Positions 9,602 to 18,688 of a stretch of DNA of 64,000 nucleotides are shown here, in pieces. The notes beneath the pieces were generated by a model. It was not told the origin of the DNA and did not search any database. It worked only from the letters and a program-made list of their open reading frames with translations. The translations under genes and the position numbers were made by a program. The stretch covers positions 1,024,001 to 1,088,000 of the forward strand of contig OZ242005.1 of assembly GCA_965204725.1 (NCBI GenBank), given 5' to 3'. How positions within the stretch are numbered: the first letter of the stretch is position 1; the number at the start of each line of letters is the position of its first letter. The stretch is from Candidatus Latescibacterota bacterium. GTDB taxonomy: Bacteria; Latescibacterota; UBA2968; UBA8231.

Positions 9602-10852
9602 CTAGCTCAAAAACCACGCAATCGGCACGGCCGTAATCCCCTCAGCTAACGCCTGAACTCGCCCATCGTTGGACAGTACGAGGGCATGCAATACGGGTTT
9701 GTCGAGAATATCTTCCAATCGCCGCAGGTGACGGGCATCGCCCGCGGCGACCTGTTCGGTCATTTTGATTTCGATGGGAATAAATCCGGCCTCGGTTTCC
9801 AACAACAGATCGACCTCCCGTCCGTCGGCGGTGCGCAGATGGTGCAAGGTCACCGGCAGGCGGCTGTTCTTAATTTGCTTGTAGATCTCGGCAATCACCG
9901 CGCTTTCAAACTCGCCTCCCGTAGGCAAACCGCGCCGACCGAGCAACGCACGTTGCACCCCCGGATCGACAAAGTGGACCTTGGGTGCTTTGGACAAGCG
10001 CTTCTGCATATTGCGAAACCAAGGCTGGAGCAAAATGATCTGATAGCTGATCTCCAAATAGGTTACAAAACGCTTGGCCGTCTTGGTTGCAATCCCGGCC
10101 TGATTGGCCAAATTGGCCAGATTTAAGAGGCCGCCGGTCATCCCGGACAGGGCTTTTTGCGCCCGCACAAAAGGTTCCAATTCTCGCAAGTTGGCCAAGT
10201 CGCGCACATCGCGCTGGATATAGGTCTGGATGTAATTGGCTAGCCACTCGTATTTCTCGGCGGCGTTTAGGGTTTCGTCTGCCAACGCCGGCATGGCCCC
10301 AAACTGCAAATAGTCGTCCAACAGTTGGCGCACCCGCGCATAGCGCGTCTCTTGCCTTGGCATCCCCCACAACATGTCAGCGGGCGTCCCGCTTCTGAGC
10401 CATTCAATCAGGCGCGATTCGGCCACGGGATCGCGCCACGATTCGGTCAGCATTTCCGCAAACGTCAGCGGATATAGTTCGACCAAAGAGACCCGTCCGG
10501 CCAAGCTCTCGCGGATTTTTTCTATCAACAGAATTTGGCTCGATCCCAAAAGGATGTAGCGCGCATCGTCATACAGATCATAGACCGCCTTGATTGACTC
10601 TACCAAGCGGGGGGCCTTTTGCACCTCGTCGAGAATCGCCACCGGATACCGTTGTCGCCATTGCGCGGCCGATAGGGCTAGAAAATCAGGTCGCACGACG
10701 GGATCCTCCAGCGAGAGATACGCATACTCGGCAAAGCCGGCTCGCACGAGCGTGGTTTTACCCGTTTGCCGCGCCCCGGTCAGCACGATGATTCGCCCGA
10801 ACTTGGACGCTGATTTTTGTTTTAGATCGGGAAGTAAGGCTCTGTTTTTCAC
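9602..10852 (-). CDS. AAA_14/DUF4143 ATP-binding protein
   Basis: Walker A GARQTGKT, Walker B ILDEVQ, ESLAGR and EVDLL..IEIK. Start placed at GTG 10852. Confidence 0.9.
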   Translation of the reverse strand: MKNRALLPDLKQKSASKFGRIIVLTGARQTGKTTLVRAGFAEYAYLSLEDPVVRPDFLALSAAQWRQRYPVAILDEVQKAPRLVESIKAVYDLYDDARYILLGSSQILLIEKIRESLAGRVSLVELYPLTFAEMLTESWRDPVAESRLIEWLRSGTPADMLWGMPRQETRYARVRQLLDDYLQFGAMPALADETLNAAEKYEWLANYIQTYIQRDVRDLANLRELEPFVRAQKALSGMTGGLLNLANLANQAGIATKTAKRFVTYLEISYQIILLQPWFRNMQKRLSKAPKVHFVDPGVQRALLGRRGLPTGGEFESAVIAEIYKQIKNSRLPVTLHHLRTADGREVDLLLETEAGFIPIEIKMTEQVAAGDARHLRRLEDILDKPVLHALVLSNDGRVQALAEGITAVPIAWFLS

Positions 10853-10928
10853 GGTAGGCCCCTTTTGGGCGTAAAATCGGGCATTAAGGCCATAATTTAC
10901 GCCGAATAGAGGCGCTAGCAAGGTGGGG

Positions 10929-11279
10929 TTAGTCGAGGTGGAAGACTTCTTCGAGCTCGATCAATACGTCAGCCGGGGTGCCGCCGGCCGGTATATCGAC
11001 CAAGTCGCCGCAAGCCTCGCCCCAGCGTTGCGTGGCCTCTTCCGCGAGAAAGCCGGCGAGGGCGGTGGCGAAATTCGTCTCGGTCTCAAAGTAGCCGAAG
11101 ACGAGCCCGTCGGCGTTCATAAAGAGCGAGTAGCGTTGCCAGCCGTGGCGGGTGAGGGCCGCGCAGACTTCGGGCCACACTTGGCGATGCACTTCCTTGT
11201 ACTCGGCGATCCGATCCTTTTTGACCTGCATCTGAAAACCAACTCGTCGCATTTGATTGAGCTCCTCGGGAAATTTCAT
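10929..11279 (-). CDS. rhaM: L-rhamnose mutarotase family protein
   Basis: EYKEVHRQVWPE, YSLF and C-terminal EEVFHLD. Confidence 0.85.
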   Translation of the reverse strand: MKFPEELNQMRRVGFQMQVKKDRIAEYKEVHRQVWPEVCAALTRHGWQRYSLFMNADGLVFGYFETETNFATALAGFLAEEATQRWGEACGDLVDIPAGGTPADVLIELEEVFHLD

Positions 11280-11312
11280 CGCCTAGGGCTGGAACTCGCC
11301 GCAAATTTATCG

Positions 11313-11343
11313 GCCACAAAAGGCACAAAGGGCACAAAAGGCA
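11313..11343. repeat. Intergenic 9-nt tandem repeat (GGCACAAAR, about 3.5 copies)
   Basis: GCCACAAAA GGCACAAAG GGCACAAAA GGCA. Confidence 0.7.
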
Positions 11344-11348
11344 TTGGG

Positions 11349-11891
11349 TCAAACTCCTTTGAAATTGTCTAGGTCTGGGACAATGGACTGGCCGCGGTCC
11401 AAATCGAAGTCGATCTCCACGGAGTGTGCTTGGTAGTCTTGGTCGCCGCGTGTGGTCTGATATACGTCGCGGCCCTCGACGCAGATGGGCATGGTGTGCC
11501 ACACCCCGAGGTGCAAGCAGACGCCCACATCGCCGGCCGAGTAAAAAGCGCGCAACTCCTCGGCCTTGATGTCGGCTTGGATCGCTCCGACGATGAACAC
11601 GGTCGGCGAGTGCAAGCTGGGGTAAAACGACTGGCCGGCGTCGGTGTGAAAGGCAAAATGGGCGCGCGCTAGCCCCTCGGAGATGGGGACGCGCTGCGGG
11701 TGAAGGGCGTACCAGCTCGGGGGGTCCTTGGGCTGGGGGCCGGGCGTGGCGAGGACGGGGTATGCGTTGGTGGCATAACCGCCTTTGACCTTGTCGGGCT
11801 TGCGTTCCTCAAAGGTGCTAATCACGTGGCCGAAGGGGGCAAACGCTTGAGGGGCGAGCGGCTCAACTGGGACTTTCACGAGGTTCCACAT
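11349..11891 (-). CDS. Ureidoglycolate lyase-like cupin
   Basis: EPLAPQAFAPFGHVI, H...Q.F.P and GVWH motifs. Confidence 0.7.
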   Translation of the reverse strand: MWNLVKVPVEPLAPQAFAPFGHVISTFEERKPDKVKGGYATNAYPVLATPGPQPKDPPSWYALHPQRVPISEGLARAHFAFHTDAGQSFYPSLHSPTVFIVGAIQADIKAEELRAFYSAGDVGVCLHLGVWHTMPICVEGRDVYQTTRGDQDYQAHSVEIDFDLDRGQSIVPDLDNFKGV

Positions 11892-11933
11892 GGCAATCTC
11901 CTTTTGCAGGGGTTGGGAATGAGTGACCAGACG

Positions 11934-13178
11934 CTATTCAATGCCGAGGGCGGCGTCTATTTCCGCTTGATAGGCGTACGCTTGGCAGGATTCGACCGCG
12001 CTGAGCGCGACCGGGCCGCCGGCGCGCCACGACTCAAACACCGCGTAGAGCGCGGCCACGTCCTTGAGGCCGCAGCGGGCATCTACTTCAACGGTGCGCT
12101 GGCCGCGAATGGCTGCCGCCATTTCGTGCAACTCGTAGGCGATTAGCTTGACATCGACGAGCGGGTCGCCGGCCGAGACGCCGCTCGGAAACAGATGGCG
12201 AGTCAGCGGGTCGAGCGCTAGGTCCGCGCCCTCGGCCGACGCGAGGATGGCCTCTTGGCTGAGGGGATCGGCATCGCGCCGGGCCAGCGTTACGCGCCCC
12301 CCGCGTATGCCAAAGCCGTCGATGCTGCCGTCAGTGCCCAGGATGAGCTCGCGGTGGGCGCGGGCGTGGCCGGCGATCCCGACGATCCAGTTTAGGGTCG
12401 CGCCGCTGACCATTTTGAAGATCGCTTGGGTCGTGTCCTCGGCCGCGGCCGGGATGCGCTCTGGCATGGCCGCGAAACGCTTTTTGTAAAACTCGTAGTC
12501 CATGGACATGGAAGCTGATTTTTGCCGCTCCGGCTCGACCATCCGCGCATCGGCATAGACTTCGGCAACATCCCCCAACTGGTAGCGGATTACATGGGTG
12601 AAGTGGACCGCCATATCGAGGATAAAGCCGCCCAACTCCCGGCGGTGCCGCCAAGGGGTGATAAAAATGGAATTGCCCGAGCCGAGCGAGTGGTACAACC
12701 CCATATAGGGTGTGCCGATGGTGCCGCGGTCGATTAGGTGGCGCACGATGCGGGCCGAAGGGTCACGGCGGAAGTTTTCGGCTACGGAGACTATGCGCTT
12801 GTTGCGGGCGGCCGCGTCGAGGATCTGTTGGCAGGCTCGCACGGTGATGGCCAGCGGCTTTTCCACCAGCACGTGCAATCCCAAGTCGAGGGCCTCGCAG
12901 ACGACGGTGTGATGCACCGAAGGATCGGTCACCACATCTACGGCCTCTAGGTCTGGCACCTGCTGGACCAGTTCTTCCAGATTGGTACAGACCTTGGGAC
13001 GCACCCCGAGAAGTTGGGCGGCTTCGGCCGCGGCCAGCTCGGCGTTTTCAACGCGGATGTCGCAGACCGCGCTTAGCTCGATGGAGTCAAAGGGGGAGTC
13101 GGCTAGCTGCTTGAGGCCGTGCAGATGGCGAGTGCCCATGCCGCCGCAGCCGACGAGGGCTAGGCGAACCTTGTCCAT
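11934..13178 (-). CDS. Gfo/Idh/MocA family oxidoreductase
   Basis: LVGCGGMG, HVLVEKP and GGFILDMAVH. Confidence 0.9.
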   Translation of the reverse strand: MDKVRLALVGCGGMGTRHLHGLKQLADSPFDSIELSAVCDIRVENAELAAAEAAQLLGVRPKVCTNLEELVQQVPDLEAVDVVTDPSVHHTVVCEALDLGLHVLVEKPLAITVRACQQILDAAARNKRIVSVAENFRRDPSARIVRHLIDRGTIGTPYMGLYHSLGSGNSIFITPWRHRRELGGFILDMAVHFTHVIRYQLGDVAEVYADARMVEPERQKSASMSMDYEFYKKRFAAMPERIPAAAEDTTQAIFKMVSGATLNWIVGIAGHARAHRELILGTDGSIDGFGIRGGRVTLARRDADPLSQEAILASAEGADLALDPLTRHLFPSGVSAGDPLVDVKLIAYELHEMAAAIRGQRTVEVDARCGLKDVAALYAVFESWRAGGPVALSAVESCQAYAYQAEIDAALGIE

Positions 13179-13256
13179 TGAGCTATTCCTGCCAGTGGGG
13201 GAAGCGGCAACTCTACGGCAACTTTGAGGATTTCTAGCACGGCAACGCTCCTGTTG

Positions 13257-14771
13257 TCAAAAGGCCAGTAGCATCGGCCCCATGCGCTCTAGCAAGAGGG
13301 CGCGATAGCGCTCGGCCTTGGCTACTTGCAGCCGCTCGAGCGGGTTGAAGTCGTCGGTGATGAGTTCGCCCTCGGAGGGCATGGGGTGTTCGTGGGCCGC
13401 GAGCCAGTCGGCGGCTGCCGCGAGGGCAATGGGCTGCCGCGAGGCCAAGAAGACAAAGTCGTTAAACGCTTCGCCCGGCAGCGAGACGAAGGCTAGGCGG
13501 TGCGGGTAAATCTCGCCCAGCGTCCGGTACACGGCCGCCGCAGCCTCGGCCTCTGGCCCCTCCGTAAAGCCAACGAAGTTCAGGGCCAAAAGCCCGTCGT
13601 CTTTGAGGAGCCGGTCGAGATCGCCGAGCATTTCGACGCTCAGCAGGTGGCTGGGTACAGACCCGCCAGTGAAACAGTCGTGGACAATGAAGTCGTATTG
13701 CTGGTCGAGGCGGCGAATCTCGTAGCGGGCGTCGCCAACTCGCAGTGCCCCCGATGGCTCGTAGAGAAAGTATTGCTGCGCGGCGTGGGCCACCGCTGGA
13801 TCTAGCTCTAGGGCGTCTGTGGCAATGCCTTGGGCCGCAAACGCCATCGCAATGTAGCCCCCGCCGAGGCCGATGAGCAGCGCGTCGCTCCCCGCCGGGT
13901 GCAAGGAGGGCAGGGCGGTGATGATCTTTTGGTAGCTGAGCACCGGCCCGCGGGTGTCGAGCCGCAGCGCGCTGATGACCGAAGCGTCCGACAGCATCCA
14001 CCGGACGCGGCGGGCGCGGTCGTCGATGACCCGCACCCAGCCGTAGTGGCTTTCGGTTTGGTGGACTAGGCGATAGTCGCCGTAGCTGGTCGGTGTTGGG
14101 GTGGCCTGTAGCCAAAGCCCCGCGCTGGTCGCAACGGCCGCCGCCGCGACCGGCCCCAGCGCGGCGTACCCCCACCGCCGCTCGTACCAAGCCACTATTA
14201 GGGCCAGCAGGATCAAGGCCGCGCTGACTCCGCCGAGAATCACCCGCGACCCCAAGGCCGGCAGGAGGAAAAAGCCCAACAGTAAGGTGCCGACCACGCT
14301 GCCGACCGTGCTAACCGCAAAGACCGAGCCAGCCGCCCGGCCCACGCCTGCCCGCCGCGCCGCCAGCTCGATCACCTGCGGCCCTACCATCCCGAGGCAG
14401 GTCAGCGGCAGGGCAAAAAGCAGTAGGGCGCTGGTAAAGGCCCCGGTGCGTAGCCCCAGATCATTGGTCCACAGCAAGACCGGGCGGCAGACAAACGGAA
14501 TCGCGGCCGTCGTCAGCCCGGCGAGTGCTATGGCGTAGGACAGTCGGAAGCGCGTCTTGCGGTCGGCGACCAAGCCCCCGAGGTAATAGCCCAGTGCCAA
14601 GGCGATCAGAGCAACCGATATGAGCGACGACCACACGTAGAGGCTGACCCCGTAAAAGGGGCCGATGATGCGCGTGCCCAGCAACTCTAGCATCATCACC
14701 GCGGCGCCAGAGATGGTTACGGTGCCGTATAGCAGCAGCCGATCGGGGGCCGTGGTGCGTTGGTTAGTCAT
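13257..14771 (-). CDS. Fused membrane / spermidine-synthase-like protein
   Basis: ELLGTR..GP.YG.S..VW transmembrane domain. LLIGLGGG, ELDP, GDAR, D.F and TDDFNP motifs. Confidence 0.88.
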   Translation of the reverse strand: MTNQRTTAPDRLLLYGTVTISGAAVMMLELLGTRIIGPFYGVSLYVWSSLISVALIALALGYYLGGLVADRKTRFRLSYAIALAGLTTAAIPFVCRPVLLWTNDLGLRTGAFTSALLLFALPLTCLGMVGPQVIELAARRAGVGRAAGSVFAVSTVGSVVGTLLLGFFLLPALGSRVILGGVSAALILLALIVAWYERRWGYAALGPVAAAAVATSAGLWLQATPTPTSYGDYRLVHQTESHYGWVRVIDDRARRVRWMLSDASVISALRLDTRGPVLSYQKIITALPSLHPAGSDALLIGLGGGYIAMAFAAQGIATDALELDPAVAHAAQQYFLYEPSGALRVGDARYEIRRLDQQYDFIVHDCFTGGSVPSHLLSVEMLGDLDRLLKDDGLLALNFVGFTEGPEAEAAAAVYRTLGEIYPHRLAFVSLPGEAFNDFVFLASRQPIALAAAADWLAAHEHPMPSEGELITDDFNPLERLQVAKAERYRALLLERMGPMLLAF

Positions 14772-16122
14772 GCTCGCTGGTTTCTTGGGCCGTCTGCGCG
14801 AGTTGTTGGTAGCGCTGCATGGCCGCGTCGGCCCGGGCGTCTAGCCCTTGGCTCTTGTAGAGACGCGCTAGGTGGAAGTGGGCGTCGGCATAGTCTGGAG
14901 CTAACCGGAGTGCCTTGGCGAGGGCTTGGCTGGCTCGCTGCACATCGCCGCCGAGCATGTACGCCGCGCCGAGGTTGGTGAAGCCCTTGGCGTAGCGCGG
15001 GTTGATCGACAAGGCGATCTCGTAGTGTTCGATGGCCTCGGCGATGCGGCCCTGCCGCAACAATACATTGGCGAGGTTGTTGCGCGCACTCAGGTCTTGG
15101 TCGTTGATGCGGAGCGCGGTCGCGTACTCGACGCCAGCCTCGGCATAGCGCCCTAAGCCGCCGTAGAGCACGCCGAGGTTGTAGTGCGCGTTGGCGTCGT
15201 CTGGATAGAGGCCGAGGATATAGCGGAACCGCTCGATGTCGTCATATACGGGTTGGATGCGCTGGAAGGCGGCCAATAGCTTCTCGCCCCGCTCGGTGTC
15301 GCCTTGGCGCGTCAAGAGGGTGCCGAGCCGGTGGTACGCCTCGGGATTAAACGGGTCGAGGGCCATGGCGCGGGCAAAGAGCCGCTCGGCCTCATCGGCG
15401 CGGCCCTGATAGGCGCGCACTTGGCCCAGCCCGATGAGCGGTGCGGCGTCGTCCGGGCGCAACTCAATGGCCCGGGCAAAGTTAGCACCCGCTGCGGCGT
15501 GCTGGCCCTGCTTGTGTTGGATTTGCCCCAGCCGGAGGTACGCGTCGCTATACGCGGTGTCGATCTCAGCGGCGCGGGAAAAGGCCGTGCCGGCCGCGCT
15601 GTATTGCGCTTGGCGCTCGTAGATCACGCCGAGGTTGTAGAAAATGGCTGCGTCGCCCGGGGCCAGTGCCTGCGCTTGCTGGAGGACCGCGACCGCCTCG
15701 GCGTAGCGGCCATCGTCTGCGTGGGCGATGGCTAGCTTGCGGTAGAGGTCAATGCGGTCGGGGGCCGTGTCGAGCCCCTCTTGGTAGGTGGTTGCCGCGT
15801 CGGCGTTGCGCCGCTGCCGGACGTAAATGTCGCCCAAGAGGACGTAGGCGTCGGTGTGGTTTGGGGCCAGCGCGACGGCCTGCTCGGCTAGTTGGGACGC
15901 CAGCCCTAGCCGCCCTTGGATCAAGTCGAGGCGGGCCAAGAGCAGGCGGGCTTCGAGGTGCTGGCTGTCTGCTGAGAGCACCTGCTTGCAGGCGGCGACG
16001 GCCGCAGTGTACTCGCCGGCTGCTGCGAGGCGTTGCGCTTCGCCAAAGCGGTCGTTGGGTTTGCTGGGGTTGCCGCAGGCGGCGAGTAGGGCGGCCGCCC
16101 AAACGCTAAACTTGAGAGTCAT
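14764..16122 (-). CDS. Tetratricopeptide repeat lipoprotein
   Basis: Lipobox LAAC and many TPRs (YNLG..Y, AL.L.P). Confidence 0.9.
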   Translation of the reverse strand: MTLKFSVWAAALLAACGNPSKPNDRFGEAQRLAAAGEYTAAVAACKQVLSADSQHLEARLLLARLDLIQGRLGLASQLAEQAVALAPNHTDAYVLLGDIYVRQRRNADAATTYQEGLDTAPDRIDLYRKLAIAHADDGRYAEAVAVLQQAQALAPGDAAIFYNLGVIYERQAQYSAAGTAFSRAAEIDTAYSDAYLRLGQIQHKQGQHAAAGANFARAIELRPDDAAPLIGLGQVRAYQGRADEAERLFARAMALDPFNPEAYHRLGTLLTRQGDTERGEKLLAAFQRIQPVYDDIERFRYILGLYPDDANAHYNLGVLYGGLGRYAEAGVEYATALRINDQDLSARNNLANVLLRQGRIAEAIEHYEIALSINPRYAKGFTNLGAAYMLGGDVQRASQALAKALRLAPDYADAHFHLARLYKSQGLDARADAAMQRYQQLAQTAQETSEHD

Positions 16123-17806
16123 ACATGGCCGCGAGGTGATCTCGGTAGATGGAGATGCGGGCGGCGTGTTTTTCGCGCAAGTGGCCGATTAGCTCGTTGT
16201 AGAGGCGGTCTTCTTCCCGTTTGGTCAGCCAGTAGCGCACTTGTTTTTTCACCTCGTCGTAGGGCTTTGGCGTCGCGGCGGTTTTGTCCAGCACCTCAAA
16301 CAGGGAGAAGCCGCCTTGGCGGTGCTCGGTTGCCGTGATTTCGATTGGGCCGGTCAGCACCCCTACTTCCGCTTTGAGGGCTGCGGTGAGCAACTCGCCG
16401 AAAGCTACCCGCTCGAAGGAGTGGAGGTGGAAGGAGCCGGCGGTGTGTCCTTGGCGAATGCTGTGCTCAGCCGCCAACTCGCCTAGGTCGGCTCCGGCCC
16501 GGACTTGGGCCGCGAGGGCCTCGGCTGCGGAGCGAGTGTCCACGAGGATTTCTCGGACGCTCAGGGTTTGGTCGGCCATAAAGCGGTGCAGATTGGCCTC
16601 GTAGTAGTGCCGGAGTGCTTCCTCGCTCAGGTCGGGTTTTACGCGCCGGGCGCGCAGCTCATCGACGAGCATGGCGCGTTTTTTGCGCTTTAGCCAATCG
16701 ACAATTTGCGGCTCTTGTGCCAGCCCGCGCCGCTCAATTTCCAAGGGAAAGAGCACTTCCGGGACGAGGTAGAGCCGGACGAATTCGTCGAGGCCGCTGC
16801 TATCGGCGCGGACGCGAGCGACTCGGCTCACCTTGGGATAGAGGCGTTGAAAATCGGCGTGGGCGATTTGGCCGCCGTTGTAGTGGCCGAGGACGCCAGC
16901 CGGGTCCAGAGCGACCACAGTGCCAGCCGCGACGGTGGCCGCGAGATCGACCAGGGCGCGGGCGTTTAGCTCGACCTCGTAGGCCCGGCTCAATTCGGCG
17001 ATCAGGGCGCGTCGGCGCTCGCTGTGGGCGGCTAGCATCGCGCCTTGGGAAAAGACGAGATAATAGCTCGCCGGCGCCGGCCGCTCGTCCAAGACCTTGT
17101 ATAGGTCGTAGTGCTCGCCGACTGCGAGCGGAGCGCTGACCTCGCCTGCGGCCAAGTCGAAGATGGCCTCGGCCACCTCTAGGGGAACGCCTAAGGCGTC
17201 GATATTCCCGCGCCCGAAGTAGGATTCCAACACTCCTTGGTGCCGCCCTTCTTGGCGGTGGGTCAGGTGCGGGCCGGACAATTCTGTAAAGGGGGTGCCG
17301 TTTGCTAGCTGGCGCGACACCTGCGCGGCTTGGTCGGCCGTGGCCGAGCGGATGCGCGCTAATTTGAGGAGCCGACTCCACTTACTCTCGCTCCACTGCC
17401 GCTTTATTTCTTCGGGCGACAGGTCGATTTTGCCTTGGATTTCTAGCTTGACGAATTCTTCAAAGAGCTTTTTCTCGCGCACCTCGGCCCACTGGGCGAC
17501 AAAGCTCGAATCGGCGGCGAGCGGCTGGGCTTCCAGCAGCAGGAGCTCTAGGTCGATCATGGCTTGGAGGTATTCGTCGAGCGCATCGACGCCCTCCTTT
17601 TCGGAGAGCAAGAGGGCGGGCATGGTGTCCTTAAAGCGCAGTACGTCCGCAAAGGTTATCGACTTCTCGCCGACGCGGGCGACGACGCTTTGGTCAACGG
17701 GAGGGGCGCTGCAAGCGGCGATGAGCAACAAGCAGCCGATTGCGCGTAGAGCGGGATCCGTCATTCCCGCGCAAGCGGGAATCCAGCCGGTATCGTTTAG
17801 ACGCAA
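16106..17806 (-). CDS. Parvulin/PpiC-type peptidyl-prolyl isomerase (SurA/PrsA-like) lipoprotein; alternative start ATG 17764
   Basis: Lipobox IAAC, VVARVG, and two rotamase-like domains (VREILV...LAAEHS; GEVSAP). Confidence 0.75.
   Translation of the reverse strand: MRLNDTGWIPACAGMTDPALRAIGCLLLIAACSAPPVDQSVVARVGEKSITFADVLRFKDTMPALLLSEKEGVDALDEYLQAMIDLELLLLEAQPLAADSSFVAQWAEVREKKLFEEFVKLEIQGKIDLSPEEIKRQWSESKWSRLLKLARIRSATADQAAQVSRQLANGTPFTELSGPHLTHRQEGRHQGVLESYFGRGNIDALGVPLEVAEAIFDLAAGEVSAPLAVGEHYDLYKVLDERPAPASYYLVFSQGAMLAAHSERRRALIAELSRAYEVELNARALVDLAATVAAGTVVALDPAGVLGHYNGGQIAHADFQRLYPKVSRVARVRADSSGLDEFVRLYLVPEVLFPLEIERRGLAQEPQIVDWLKRKKRAMLVDELRARRVKPDLSEEALRHYYEANLHRFMADQTLSVREILVDTRSAAEALAAQVRAGADLGELAAEHSIRQGHTAGSFHLHSFERVAFGELLTAALKAEVGVLTGPIEITATEHRQGGFSLFEVLDKTAATPKPYDEVKKQVRYWLTKREEDRLYNELIGHLREKHAARISIYRDHLAAMYDSQV
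17758..17786. repeat. REP/dRS3-like palindrome CCGTCATTCCCGCGCAAGCGGGAATCCAG
   Basis: ATTCCCGC-GCAA-GCGGGAAT hairpin, matching ATTCCC-N8-GGGAAT. Confidence 0.8.
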
Positions 17807-17836
17807 GAGACAACCACCAGAGTTTCAGACCGCTTC

Positions 17837-18592
17837 TTAGCTTTTGTCTGCACGCCGAGTCCGGGCGTAGTACACTTCGCGCTGGAAGTCATAGGGTATA
17901 TCCACAGTCTCGACCGGCGCGTCGCGGAAGTCGAACCGCAGCACCATGTCGCGGACCCACAGCGTGAATTCTTTGACGTCGCGGTCGAGCGGGGGAAAGA
18001 CCAAGTACCCCTCTTGCTCTTGGCCGCTGAAGATCATGTCGTCGGCAAACAGGGTGCGCTGCAAGAGGTCGCGCCGCTCCTTAAAGCCCTTGCGCGCGTT
18101 GCCGCCATAGGCTTGGGCGTAGGGCCAATAGTACTCGGTGAGGGCGAGGAGGCTGAGTGCCTCGTAGCGACGCCCGTTGGGGGCGATCAATTCGATGTTG
18201 GCGGGATTTAGGCGCACCTTGGGATAGGCGTAATTTTTGATTTTGACTAAAAATACAGTAAACCGCGTCGGGGCCTCTTCTTCGCCGGGCGGCGTCCAGT
18301 CGCCATAGGTGTAGGGATTGGTTGCCACCGCGTAGGGGTTGGGCAGGGTAAAGCCCTCTGGGGCCTCGGAGACGCCGGCGAATTGCCGATTCAGGGCCTC
18401 GGGCGACATGGGAAACACGGCGACTTCTAGCCGGTCTTTGACGAAGGTGATGCTGTGGTCGTCGCCGACTCGGTAGTTGGCGTCTGCGATTTCTGCGGGC
18501 ACTACCGGGCCGGTAAAGTGCCGATACCCCAACTTCAAGCCGCATCCGACGAGCGCGATTAGCACTAGGAGTACGCTACCCAATTTTCTCAT
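17837..18592 (-). CDS. Hypothetical lipoprotein
   Basis: Lipobox LVGC, GAGGA RBS and host-like codon usage. Confidence 0.8.
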   Translation of the reverse strand: MRKLGSVLLVLIALVGCGLKLGYRHFTGPVVPAEIADANYRVGDDHSITFVKDRLEVAVFPMSPEALNRQFAGVSEAPEGFTLPNPYAVATNPYTYGDWTPPGEEEAPTRFTVFLVKIKNYAYPKVRLNPANIELIAPNGRRYEALSLLALTEYYWPYAQAYGGNARKGFKERRDLLQRTLFADDMIFSGQEQEGYLVFPPLDRDVKEFTLWVRDMVLRFDFRDAPVETVDIPYDFQREVYYARTRRADKS

Positions 18593-18630
18593 GGCTATCC
18601 TCGCTTCTTTGAAACCTCCTGATACAAGAT

Positions 18631-18654
18631 GAGGAGGGGCGGCTGCCCCTCCTC
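18631..18654 (-). terminator. GC-rich hairpin downstream of 18689-19612 (terminator or transcript-stabilising stem)
   Basis: GAGGAGGGGC-GGCT-GCCCCTCCTC is a perfect 10-bp stem. The U-tail is weak. Confidence 0.55.
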
Positions 18655-18688
18655 TCTTTGCTACGGCTGATGCAATGCGGCCGTTGCT

